Under the pieces are notes generated by a model. It ran no database searches. It was not told the DNA's origin and worked only from the letters and a program-made list of their open reading frames with translations. A stretch of 62,413 bases of DNA, counting the filler, from Pirum gemmata (lineage: Eukaryota), in NCBI GenBank assembly GCA_002812295.1. It is 29 parts of 29 records of this genome, joined end to end, with 100 filler letters (N's around TTAATTAATTAA, not from the genome) between each part and the next. Parts side by side here need not be neighbours in the genome. Positions count along the whole stretch, not along the records: positions 50,469 to 52,356 come from PDIN01010260.1; positions 52,457 to 54,377 come from PDIN01010261.1; positions 54,478 to 56,397 come from PDIN01010262.1; positions 56,498 to 58,384 come from PDIN01010263.1; positions 58,485 to 60,412 come from PDIN01010264.1; positions 60,513 to 62,413 come from PDIN01010265.1; 23 more parts are not named here. One strand, 5' to 3'. Positions 51,014 to 62,413 of the stretch are shown piece by piece. The first letter of the stretch is position 1; every line of letters begins with the position of its first letter. Position numbers and translations under genes: made by a program.

Positions 51014-52254
51014 TTATTCATACTCATACATACATAGTTCAGGATTAGTATATTTCAAGATGTCTGCGTGGGTGTAATAACCGTCGTCGTTAGAAGCAGG
51101 AAAGTACTTGGCAAATTCAGTACCAAATACATCGGCGGCAGTGAAAGGCGCTTTGTAAGATATTGTACTACTCACTAACCAGCACCCCGGGTTTGCTTCA
51201 AATCCAGTTGTTGATATATTGTTAGGGGGTAATTCTGTAGGAAAATTCCATAGTATATTATCGTTTGCGTAGGTGTTGTTATGTTTCATAGCATCTTTTT
51301 GCCACAGGAAATTGCTTCGATCCAAATTGAGGTGGTGTCCAATAAAAAATGGATCGTTCGCTGTTTTTGTTTTTGTTTTTGTTATTTATTTATTTATTAA
51401 ATATATATATATATATTATATTATTATTATTTTAAAGTTTTTATTATACTTAGTGGGCAAATTGATGATGTTATTGTTGTTATTACGTATAATTATATAC
51501 AGACAGGAAAAAAGAAAGAAAAAAAAAAAAGAACGAAAGGAACGAAAAGGAAAAGTATATTATATCATTCCTTAATACATTGTTGATTGTTGTGATACTA
51601 ATATATATGCAATAAATATAATTATCATAATATATAAATATAAAACAAAACAAACAACAAACAACCAAAAAACGATAGAAATAAGAATTGTTATTGTTAT
51701 TGTTATAGACCATGGATATTCATAAATATAATTATTAAAAGAGAAAAAAACGATAGAAATAAGAATTTTTATTGTTATTGCTATTACTAAAAACCATGAA
51801 TGTTCATAAATATAATATTAAAAGAGAAAAAAACTATAGAAATTAGAATTATTGTTATTGTTATTGTTATTACTAAAAACCATGAGTATTCATAAATATA
51901 ATTATTTTAAAAGAGAAAAGGCAAAAAGTATTGATAGTTTAGAATTTTAAAATTATCAGAAAATAAAAATTTTTAATTAAAATTAAAAAAACTTACGTGA
52001 GCCTGCCAAGTCGGTAAAATCTCCCCATCCTCCGCTATTATCATCGGCCCATCCACCTATTTTGGAGTGAGCTTGTGAATGAAAATAGTTTAACGTAATA
52101 TTTGTAACATTGTCTATCATAACAAAAGAAAAAGGACGACTTGATTGCATGTTAACTTGCGAGTTTTCTATGCAATTTTGCCAATTCTTCCAACCCTTGA
52201 CATAATCGTACCTTGTGCAAGCTTCAAAATCCGATTTCAAAAAGTTTATTCCCG
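51014..52254 (-). CDS. Tyrosinase / type-3 copper protein, last two exons (52254-51997, 51360-51014)
   Basis: Splicing reconstitutes the CuB site FHSQAHSKIGG...GDFTDLAGS|PNDPFFIGHHLNLDRSNFLWQ. Confidence 0.88.
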
Positions 52255-52323
52255 CTATTTTGGTTTTGATTTTGATTTTGATTTTATAAGTTTTTTTTAA
52301 ATTAATGTTTTTGGTTTTAAATC

Positions 52324-52356
<33 letters not shown>

Positions 52357-52666
52357 NNNNNNNNNNNNNNNNNNNNNNNNNNNNNNNNNNNNNNNNNNNN
52401 TTAATTAATTAANNNNNNNNNNNNNNNNNNNNNNNNNNNNNNNNNNNNNNNNNNNNTAATACATAACATATATTAATAATTTATAATATATAATGTATAA
52501 TGTATAATGTATAATTAATAATAATAGTAATTAATATATAGTAATTATATAATAATAATAATAATAAATAATAATAACTTTTAGTTAGTTAGAAAATCAT
52601 TTATTACATTAAATTTTAGTTTTTTAAATTTGGAATCATTATATGGAGTTTAAAATCAACAGTTAA

Positions 52667-53540
52667 TTAATCAATAAATTCAAATTTTATGTGCGTTAAA
52701 AAAGCTTCAAAAGATGTATGTTTTGTTTTGTTGGCCACTAATACATCAAGAAGAGCTTTTAACTTTTTGTAGGCATCACTACCAGTATCACTAGGATTTC
52801 TTTCTAATTTCGCCTCATACAGATCACTTTTACTAAAAACCGGTATCCCATATGTTTTAAAGAGTTTGTCCCTTTCTTTCTTTGTGCTACTAGCCACACA
52901 ACTCAGAAACTGGGCTACTTGGTCTCCATCATGATCTAGATGATTTGACATATACGTAATATTTTTTTTTAAAACTCCTCTACGTGACCATGCTTTTTCG
53001 TACTTTCCAATAGTAGCTCTACCACACCATTTACCAACTTTATCTCCACAAAACGTTTCACAGATTTTACCCATGTCTTCTATGTCTTTATCATATTGAC
53101 GATAAATTTCAACAATACCAACTAAGTCACATATTTTTCCCAGAGAACTGTCGATACATTTTTGAGAATGCTCCATTTTTTTATAAATATTTTGTAAAAC
53201 NAGAAGTAGCAAGGTTACGATAAGTAGATGACCATCTTTGCATATAGTCTACCAACATATCTCCAGGGGGTTGCGTATTCATAAGTTCAGTGAGATCATC
53301 AGAAGGTAGTTGGCTTCCTTGTGCCTTAGCTTCAAACCATACATGTAACCGTGCTTGACGAAGCTGTTCAATTTGTTCTGCATCAGTTAAATTCCCAAAC
53401 AACCTTCCAAAATCATAATCGCTAGAACTACTATCATTGTTACCGGTATAGCTAGCTCTGTCCCTATTCCCAATCCCAAAGTCACCTCTATCACCTCTTC
53501 TATCATCTCTTCTATCATCTCTTCTATCATCTCTTCTATT
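52667..53540 (-). CDS. Unknown coding region(s) on both sides of a single-N join at 53201
   Basis: Two protein-like ORFs (MEHSQKCIDS...HIKFEFID and RRDD-rich...RWSSTYRNLATS); no family recognised. Confidence 0.45.
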
Positions 53541-53655
53541 TTTTTCTATCATCTCTTCTATTATTTCTATTATTTCTATCGTCTCTTCTATCATCTCTAT
53601 CATCTCTATTGCTATTGATACCTCTACTTACACATCTCTATTGCTATCGCTATTG

Positions 53656-54377
53656 CTAAAACTCGACTTTCTGCTTCTGCCTTCTGCCCCGAAAAGCTCG
53701 ATTTCTGCCGAGCAGAATTTCTGGTCTGTTTGGTCTGTTCGAAATTTATTTTTTCGAGGTTATTAATAAATAAATAGGTTCGAAAAGTTCAAGCTTATAT
53801 ATTTATAATGTAATGTTTATTATGAATAATGTTGAAGCTTATATAATAATATAAACAGTATTAAAAAGTATTAAAGTTGTTTACGGCTAAGTTCCTGGGG
53901 AACAAGCTAACAAACAAATCCCAGTCTAAACATTGTTTTTTATGTTGCTTTGTTTCTTGTTCTGTCTTACGGTCTTTGGAATAAAAAGGTTTACGAGAAT
54001 TTACCAGAGCAAGTAGTGACGCTTCTTTGTAATCATCTAACATGTTTGATTGTTTGTCAGTTTCGTATGCTTTAGATATAGAGAAACAGCGCTCACAGAA
54101 ACACGAATTACAATGCAAGGTAAAAGCTAAACGTGCACATTTAATCCAAGACTCAGCTAATATTTCACGACGTAATTTAGACTTCTTCCGCACACAGATT
54201 ATTTTTATGCTTTCTCCTGAAGAAAAAAAGAGTATCTTCATAATCGTCTGCATCATTGTCGCCTAAAACCTCTATATTGGTCTTTCTCTCTCAATAAATC
54301 ATCCACGGTAATACCCACACTATCCAAAGGTAAACATTCTAGAAAGCGTATGTTATCATCATTAACGAAATTAATAG
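53656..54377 (-). mobile_element. 3' end of a decayed hAT transposon: transposase dimerisation domain plus subterminal region
   Basis: SWIKCARLAFTLHCNSCFCERCFS...QSNMLDDYKEASLLALVN fits the hAT dimerisation SxxxERxFS motif; 53656-53808 is the reverse complement of about 36190-36345 of the hAT MITE. Confidence 0.8.
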
Positions 54378-54792
54378 NNNNNNNNNNNNNNNNNNNNNNN
54401 NNNNNNNNNNNNNNNNNNNNNTTAATTAATTAANNNNNNNNNNNNNNNNNNNNNNNNNNNNNNNNNNNNNNNNNNNNATAAATAAATAAATAAATAGGGT
54501 TAGCTACATATCAGATAACTAGCTATGATACTATCCATGATACTAGTATCAATTGTATCATGATACTATCAGTCTAGCTACTAGCTAGCTATCATTGTGA
54601 TTTTACAAAAAACTGCATAGTTATATATGGAAATAAAAACTATTCTGTTACCTTTTTGAGGCTACTAGCTAGCTATCATTGTGATTTTACGAAAAACTGC
54701 ATAGTTATATATGGAAATAAAAACTATTCTGTTACCTTTTTGAGGTATAAAGTAGCCATATATAGCTAGAGCTAGCTAGCTAGTATGTAGAG

Positions 54793-54849
<57 letters not shown>

Positions 54850-54871
54850 GTAGTATGATAGTGTAAAAATA

Positions 54872-54899
54872 CAAGGAGTTTTTTTTTTTGAACTCCTTG
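54872..54899. mobile_element. 28-bp TIR micro-element with 7-bp TSD AAAAATA
   Basis: AAAAATA|CAAGGAGTTTTTTTTTTTGAACTCCTTG|AAAAATA. Confidence 0.8.
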
Positions 54900-55666
54900 A
54901 AAAATACAATAAAAATACAGAGTAAAGTCTCCCATAGCTAGCTAGCTAGCTACTAGCACCCCTGTGTCTCCCACCCTACTGACTAGCTATCGATAGCTAG
55001 CTAGAGCAATCATACGAGTATCCCCCCCCATCCAACTATGATAGTTAGATAGACTACAGTGTCACCACACTACTAGAGTACTACTAGCTAGCTAGCCAGT
55101 AGTTGAGGAGAAAATAAATGAAACATAATATTAATAAGTAACATAATATCAAAAGTAATTTTTGATCATATAGACTATCACTTATAGTATATTATTTTTT
55201 TAAAAATATAACACAATACAGATTATAATCTAGTATCAATAACATTACAGACTTTTACCCCACGGGCTTCAAAAAAAGTTTTTGTCCCATTTTTGTTGTT
55301 CTCAAGAAGTCACAGAACTCAAATTAAGTACATGCAGAATTAAAAGAGCGCGTTCAATACAATATCTAATAGCCTATACTCACCTAACTCTTTTTTCGTT
55401 TGTAAAATACTTTTACAAACAAGATGTGCTTTTACACTGGCTTTTGTTATTGGCTTCAAAAAGTCATGATTGCTTTTATCTTGATCTCTTTTCTGATTGC
55501 TAGTGGGAGGGCGGAAACTAAAGAAAATAGTATTTTAATTTTAGTTTTCATTTTATTTTTAATTTTAATTTCGCTTTTAATTACGTATGCCTTTGAAATA
55601 TCTTATGCTCAACTTCTACTTTTTTTTTCAGTTTACCCTTTTATTTATTTATTTAATCTTTTCTAG

Positions 55667-55774
55667 GTTTATGGAAAAGCAAAAAAGCTGTTAACGAATT
55701 CCCTGGTGAACAGTTGGCACTTAGAGTTTTTTTATTTAATGAATGGTTTGAGCTCAATAACCGCGAAGGAACTG
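55667..55774 (+). CDS. Internal exon of an unknown gene
   Basis: TTCTAG acceptor and GTAAGT donor, 108 nt, open: LWKSKKAVNEFPGEQLALRVFLFNEWFELNNREGT. Confidence 0.5.
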
Positions 55775-56679
55775 GTAAGTAATAGAGGTTTTCAAAATTG
55801 TTAAACAAATTTTTTTTTTTGCGGTGTGGAATTACTAATACTGAAGAAAAGAGGGACCTAATCGCAATAATATTAACACATACAAGTTAGAAACTTTTTA
55901 CAAAATGGTTATTGGTGTCTTAAATAAGAATATTGAATATTAGGTAGTCATACATGATAGAAAAACCTTTGGAGTTACTTTCTTCTGTATATGTATGTAA
56001 TCATTAACTTGTGACTATATTACGTAATTTTTATACATGGGATTTTTATACTTTTACAGGAAAAGTAAGTAACTACATTCCGTAATGTTTATACATGGGA
56101 TTTTTATACTTTGACAGGAAATTTATTTAATCTATTGCGAAATCTTTTTTTTTTGTTCAGATTATTGTTACTGTTGTTTTTGTTACTATTGTTGCCGTTA
56201 TTGTTGTTGTTACTATTGTTGCTGCTGTTGCTGTTGTTACTATTGTTGCTGTTGTTGTTGTTGTTACTATTGTTGCTGCTGTTGTTGATACTATTGTTGC
56301 TGCTGTTGTTGTTACTATTGTTGCTTTTATTATTATTATTATTATTATTATTATGGTATAATGTCTCTACATGGGCTGACTAATTACTAACCTTAAANNN
56401 NNNNNNNNNNNNNNNNNNNNNNNNNNNNNNNNNNNNNNNNNTTAATTAATTAANNNNNNNNNNNNNNNNNNNNNNNNNNNNNNNNNNNNNNNNNNNNACC
56501 CTAACCCTAACCCTAACCCTAACCTTAACCCCAGCCCCAACTCAAACCCTAACCTATTTCCCTAACCCTACCCTAACCCACACTTTAACCTAAACAAACA
56601 CTTACATCCTTTCACTCTAGCCCTAATCTAACCCACCAACTTGCTATTACAATAAAACTTAAAAAATGTTAATGAAAAT

Positions 56680-58300
56680 AGCAAACCGAACCAAACCAAA
56701 GCAAACCGAACCAAACCAAAATTGAAATCTAAACGCAAAAACCAAACCAAACCAAACCAAACCATAACCAAAAACCAAACCAAAAACCAAACCCCCTAAC
56801 CCTAACCCTAACCCTAACCCTAACCCTAACCCTAACCCTAACCCTAACCCTAACCCTAACCCTAACCCTAACCCNNNNNNNNNNNNNNNNNNNNNNNNNN
56901 NNNNNNNNNNNNNNNNNAAACCAAACCAAACCAAACCAAACCAAACCAAACCAAACCAAACCAAACCAAACCAAGCCAAACCAAACCAAACCAAACCAAA
57001 CCAAACCAAAATTAAAAATTAAACGGCATAATCAAACCAAACCAAACCAAACCATAATTAAAAACCAAACGCCAAAATCAAATCAAATTAAACCAAACTA
57101 AACCAAACTAAACCAAACTAAACCAAACCAAACTAAACCAAACCAAACTAAACCAAAACCAAACTAAACCAAAACCAAACTAAACCAAAACCAAACTAAA
57201 CCAAAACCAAACCAAACCAAACCAAAAAAAAATCAAAAACTAAACACCATAATCAAACCAAACCAAACCAAACCATAACCAAAAACCAAACGCCAAAATC
57301 AAATCAAACCAAACCAAACCAAACCAAACCAAACCAAACCAAATCAAAACAAACCAAAACCAAATCAAACCAAACCGAAACCAAACCAAAACCAAAAACC
57401 AAACGCCGAAACCAAACCAAACTAAACCAAACCAAACCAAAACCAAAAACCAAACGCCAAAACCAAAAACCAAACCAAACCAAACCAAACCAAACCAAAC
57501 ATCAAACACCAACAGCCAAACAAAACAACTCAAAACCAAAACCAAAACCAAACCAAACCAAACCAAACCCAAACAACAAACGCCAACACCAAACCAAACC
57601 AAACAAAACCAAAACCAAAAACCAAACACCAAAAACCAAATAAAACCAAAACCAAAACCAAAACCAAAACCAAAAACCAAAACCAAAACACCAAAACCAA
57701 AACCAAAACCAAAACCAAAACCAAAACCAAAACCCAAAACCAAAAACAAACGCCAACCCAAACCAACCCAAACCAAACAAACCAAACCAAACCAAACAAA
57801 CCAAACCAAACACCAAAAACCAAAAAAAACCTAATAAAACCAATCAAAACAAAACCAAACCAAAACCAAAACCAAACCCCAAAACCAAAACCAAAACCAA
57901 AACCAAAACCCAAAACCAAAATCAAATACCAAAACCAAACCAAACCAAACCAAACCAAAACCAAACCAAAACCAAAACGAAACACCAAACACCAAACCAA
58001 ACCAAACCAAACCAAACCAAAACCAAACCTGACCAAAAATCAAAACCAAAACCAAAAACAAAACCAAAACCAAAACCCGAAACCAAAATCAAACGCCAAA
58101 ACCAAACCAAACCAAACCAAACCCAAACCAAACCAAAACCAAAAATGAAACAAACCCAAACAAAACCAAATAAAAAACCAAACCCAAATAAAAAACCAAA
58201 TAAAAAACCAAATAAAAAACCAAATAAAAAACCAAATAAAAAACCAAATAAAAAGCCAAATAAAAAACCAAATAAAAAACCAAATAAAAAACCAAATAAA
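56680..58300. repeat. (AAACC)n-type satellite containing an internal (CCCTAA)n array at 56794-56874
   Basis: Direct reading of the sequence. Confidence 0.9.
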
Positions 58301-59438
58301 ATAATACCATCATCTCTGGTCAATATTGTGCTTGAAGCTAATAAATATATAAATAACAAATAACATTGAAAAACAGTTAGTCAGNNNNNNNNNNNNNNNN
58401 NNNNNNNNNNNNNNNNNNNNNNNNNNNNTTAATTAATTAANNNNNNNNNNNNNNNNNNNNNNNNNNNNNNNNNNNNNNNNNNNNTAATTTATAAAAATAT
58501 TATAATATTATTAATATTGATTATTTTCCTGATAATTAAATAAAATAATAATATCATATAGACGTGGTCTACTTTTTGTACGTTGCTTGTTTACACAAAT
58601 CTGTATTTGCAGATGAGTCTGTTTGTGTTTGCTTTCAGCTTTGCTTTCTTTGCTTTGATAAAAATAATATTATGAATTTATGATAACCAAAAAAAATGTT
58701 TTGTTTCCAAAGGAATTTTTAGGCTTTATTTGTGATGGTGATGGTATCATAGCTAAGTCATAGCTAGCAGTAGCTAGCTAGCTACTAGTCTCTAGCTAGC
58801 TATAGTCTAGCTATCATGTTTATAAAAAAATTTTTAATAATTATTATAATTTATAATAATATAATTATTATTAGTCTATAATAATATTATTGTTATAATA
58901 ATAATAATAAAATAGTAAAAAAACAATGACGTTTCCATTTAAAATATGACGTCAATAATGACGTACAAATTACGTAAGAAATTTATAGTGGCTCTTACTG
59001 ACTGGCTAGCTAGCTAGAGTATTAGTGTAGTGTTCTTCTATTTTTATTTTTAACTATGCAATGGCGACATCCACCACCATATGAGCTCAAAAACCCAAAA
59101 ATTTCAAAATGATCCAATTTAAATAAAAGTACTACCAAAGTTTGAGAAATCGTATAACTAAGAAAACTTTATTATGAACCAATGGCTAGTTTTTAAAAAT
59201 AATTTGGCTAGTTATTATTAAAGTTTTTAGAAAAGAAGTCTAAAAAAAAATAATTTCTACAGTTTTATCTGGATTGACTGTTAAAAAAAAAAAAAAATAG
59301 TGTAGACTGCGTCCTCAAAATGGTCAAAAATTTTAAAAAAAAGTGGACTATCTCAATGACAAATCACAGTGGCAAATCACGAAAAAAAAACTGTTCCGGT
59401 AGACCCAGGACAGACCCCAACCCAACTCATTAGTCTAT

Positions 59439-59801
59439 AGTGCTTTTCATTTATTTTGTCACTCTGAATATTTATTTGGTTGGTTATATTATTCAAATTG
59501 ATATTTTAAATTAATAATTAGATTATAAAATATACCAAATATTAAATAAAATGGATTTATTTTGGTACCCTTTATTGTATATTTTATGATGACAAAATAA
59601 ATGAAACCCTAACCCTAACCCTAACCCTAACCCTAACCCTAACCCTAACCCTAACCCTAACCCTAACCCTAACCCTAACCCTAACCCTAACCCTAACCCT
59701 AACCCTAACCCTAANTAACCCTAACCCTAACCCTAACCCTAACCCTAACCCTAACCCTAACCCTAACCCTAACCCTAACCCTAACCCTAACCCTAAACCA
59801 C
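59439..59801. mobile_element. TIR repeat family C whose right TIR is interrupted by a (CCCTAA)n array (59607-59796)
   Basis: Left GTGCTTTTCATTTATTTTGTCA; right TGACAAAATAAATGAAA[array]ACCAC. Related copies at about 9373-9450 and 16045-16120 read GAAAAGCAC uninterrupted. Confidence 0.7.
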
Positions 59802-60653
59802 GTCCATATCACACCACCAAATTTTACAACTGTAAGTAATTATACGTTATTAATAATATTATTGCAGATAATTAACTTTGTCAATATAATATATTAATAC
59901 TATTCCAAAAATTAAAAACTTGAAAAAGCTTCCAATTATTAATTACATTTCCAGTAATGATTAACCCATAATCCCAAATATTTATTAATATTATTAATAT
60001 AATATTTGTCGACAAAACCCGGAAAAATATCTCAGCTTTTTGAACATACTAGTCTTTTTGAAATTAATTTCAAGCCTCCATTTCTTACAAAATAAAATAA
60101 AGAAATTAATTAATGAGTTTATCCAAATCACTATTATCAATATTAACAGCCACATCCGCATTACAGCAAACATCGAATAACAGAACATAATTCATGCATA
60201 TGATATTAATATCGATCATCCTCAGATAAATTTAAATTTAATTAATTAATTAAACTATAAATATATATTAAAATATCATTACTTTTAAATTAAACTATTA
60301 TTATAATAAAATTTTAAATTATTATATTATAGTGCTTTTCAGTTGTTTTAATACAATATAAATCCATTTAATTTAATTTGGTATATTTTATTATCTATGT
60401 ATTTATTTAAAANNNNNNNNNNNNNNNNNNNNNNNNNNNNNNNNNNNNNNNNNNNNTTAATTAATTAANNNNNNNNNNNNNNNNNNNNNNNNNNNNNNNN
60501 NNNNNNNNNNNNTTATTATTATTATTTTTATCCATAAATTCATTCATCACTAATTTATTCATTTATCAAAACAATTAACACAATCTTTCTAATTCTTTTT
60601 CATTCTTTATAATAGTTTTCAATCAAACAGGTTACCAACTAGCCAAAGTAGTA

Positions 60654-61916
60654 ATGAAAAAAGTGACTGCAACCAAATCAGCCTTAGACTCACAATATTG
60701 GGTAAAATATTTATTACCAGGTCATATTATCGGTCTAATACTTGTTTTAATTTACGCAATATTAACATACATAAACCGTGAATATATAGAAATTCGCTCT
60801 TTTTATTATAGTTTTTTGGTACACTCATTTAGTTGTTCTATTGTATCAATGATTGCTGGTATAGTAATCATTTGTTTCCCCACAAATGTGGTTAATTATA
60901 GATTAATGATTCAAATTATTCCACTTTTTGTTGTATTGGGGTTTTTATTCTTTTTGTCTTCTTTAAATTGTCGGTTATGGATGATGTATTATTTATTTGT
61001 TAAAGAAAAAACTGGACAGTATTTTTTCCCTTTATTTTGGCATTGCCCTTTGGCCTGTCTTTATGTCATCGTCCATATTTGTTATATTGGAGGTTATAAA
61101 GGGTTTGTAGATACCAGTGTCAAGTTTCTTATTCCTACTACCATTGTTATTTTTAGTTTTTTAATTGAAGGGATGGTTTTGATTTTTTTAACCAGAAAAT
61201 CTTGGTCTTTATTTTGTGACGTACCACAATATACTCGGTTGTATTTTAGTTTTATTGTTTGTTTTATTACGGCTTTTGTTTCGAATCTCACTTCTTATCA
61301 AGCTCGGGTTGATTTAAAAGGTTGCTTTACTTGGTTTTTATTTTTCGGCAATTTTTGTATGTTGGCTTATTTTTTAGATTCTTTTTCTTTACGATTAGCG
61401 AAAATTTATGCGCAAAAATGGGGATTTTTCGGTCTAACTCGTTTTGATTTTGTAGCGCAAAAGGAAATAACTTCGCACACAGGAGTTTATGAGATGATTA
61501 GAGATGAAGAAATGTGTGATTTACTTATAAAATTCGCCGAAAAATGCGCTTGTGAGGAAAGTATATTGTTTTTAATAGAGTATGATAAAATAATTGATCC
61601 TGATTATTATAATGATAATGATAATGATGTTGATGTTGATTTTGAAACTGAAATTAAGTCAGCAATGGCTTTGGGTGATGCTTATTATTCTAATTTAAAC
61701 TTTAGACACAACAAACGCCAGTCTGCACGTCATAAGTTCGTTTCAGTTCATAAAGTAGATAGACTTATTGAATTATATATCAAAGATGAAGCAGAATTTG
61801 AATTGAATTTAATTAGTAAAACTAAAAGAGATATTTTGAGAAATCGTGAAAAAGTATTCCACTCCAACCACAACCACAACCACAACCATAGCAACCACAG
61901 CAACAACAACAATGAT

Positions 61917-61947
<31 letters not shown>

Positions 61948-62384
61948 GTAACCATCACCACCACGATAATAACAATAATAACAATAATAACAATAATAAC
62001 ATATGCATTTCTTTAGAAAAATTTAAATTTCTCTTTTCGATAGCAGCTGAAGAAATTAACACCTTAACGAAAATCAATTTGTATTTAAAATTTTTAGAAG
62101 AACCAGAAGTTATAAGTTTAATTGAAAATAGAAAAAAAGAAGCTAATATTGGTAATAAATTATCATCGCTAGGATTATATAAGAGTGAGGATGAAGACAC
62201 CATTGAAATTAAGACGACCCCTTCTTCTGTAAAAAAAACTTGGAGCTCAAGCTCGGGTACAAAATTAAATGTAAAATTGTGTAAGGACGAAATCCAAGAG
62301 TTTGAAACTACTCTTGAATCCTCTTCTCAGGACATTGAATTAGATTTTTTTTCAAAACATTATGATAATAACGACCATCAATAA
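60654..62384 (+). CDS. Multi-TM (7TM-like) RGS domain protein, intronless
   Basis: About 6-7 hydrophobic segments in the first 245 aa, then RGS motifs KFAEKCACEESILFL, LYIKDEAEFELNL and FSIAAEEINTLTKINLYLKFL. Confidence 0.85.
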
Positions 62385-62413
62385 TAATGCTTATTATTAT
62401 TAATATTAATAAT

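Overview
AT-rich, intron-containing eukaryotic sequence. The window is not one locus. It is 29 short scaffolds (mostly about 1.9 kb) joined by 28 artificial 100-nt linkers (N44-TTAATTAATTAA-N44), so neighbourhood across linkers means nothing. Gene content (animal-like PSMD13 and RUVBL1 exons, chitin synthase, tyrosinase, an intronless multi-TM RGS protein) suggests a unicellular holozoan such as an ichthyosporean; this is inference. Most short ORF-track entries are microsatellite read-through. Real coding pieces include PSMD13/RPN9, RUVBL1, ERO1, a DNAJB12/14-like J protein, an ArfGAP1-like last exon, chitin synthase, tyrosinase, a membrane-anchored SAM methyltransferase, an RI-type LRR protein, a TM-RGS protein, a secreted 7x6-Cys repeat protein and an apparent Ulp1+USP tandem protease. 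Mobile DNA includes a degenerate copia element, a gag knuckle fragment, hAT and ISL2EU/Harbinger transposase remnants, several MITEs and a tRNA-derived SINE. The most notable observations are: (1) TTAGGG arrays inserted inside other repeats and filling introns, with in-phase variant hexamers; (2) a family of 26-34 bp CAAGG...CCTTG elements with perfect 7-bp target duplications; (3) a hAT MITE whose end matches the flank of a hAT transposase; (4) out-of-order PSMD13 exons, probably a scaffolding artefact; (5) the Ulp1-USP tandem.
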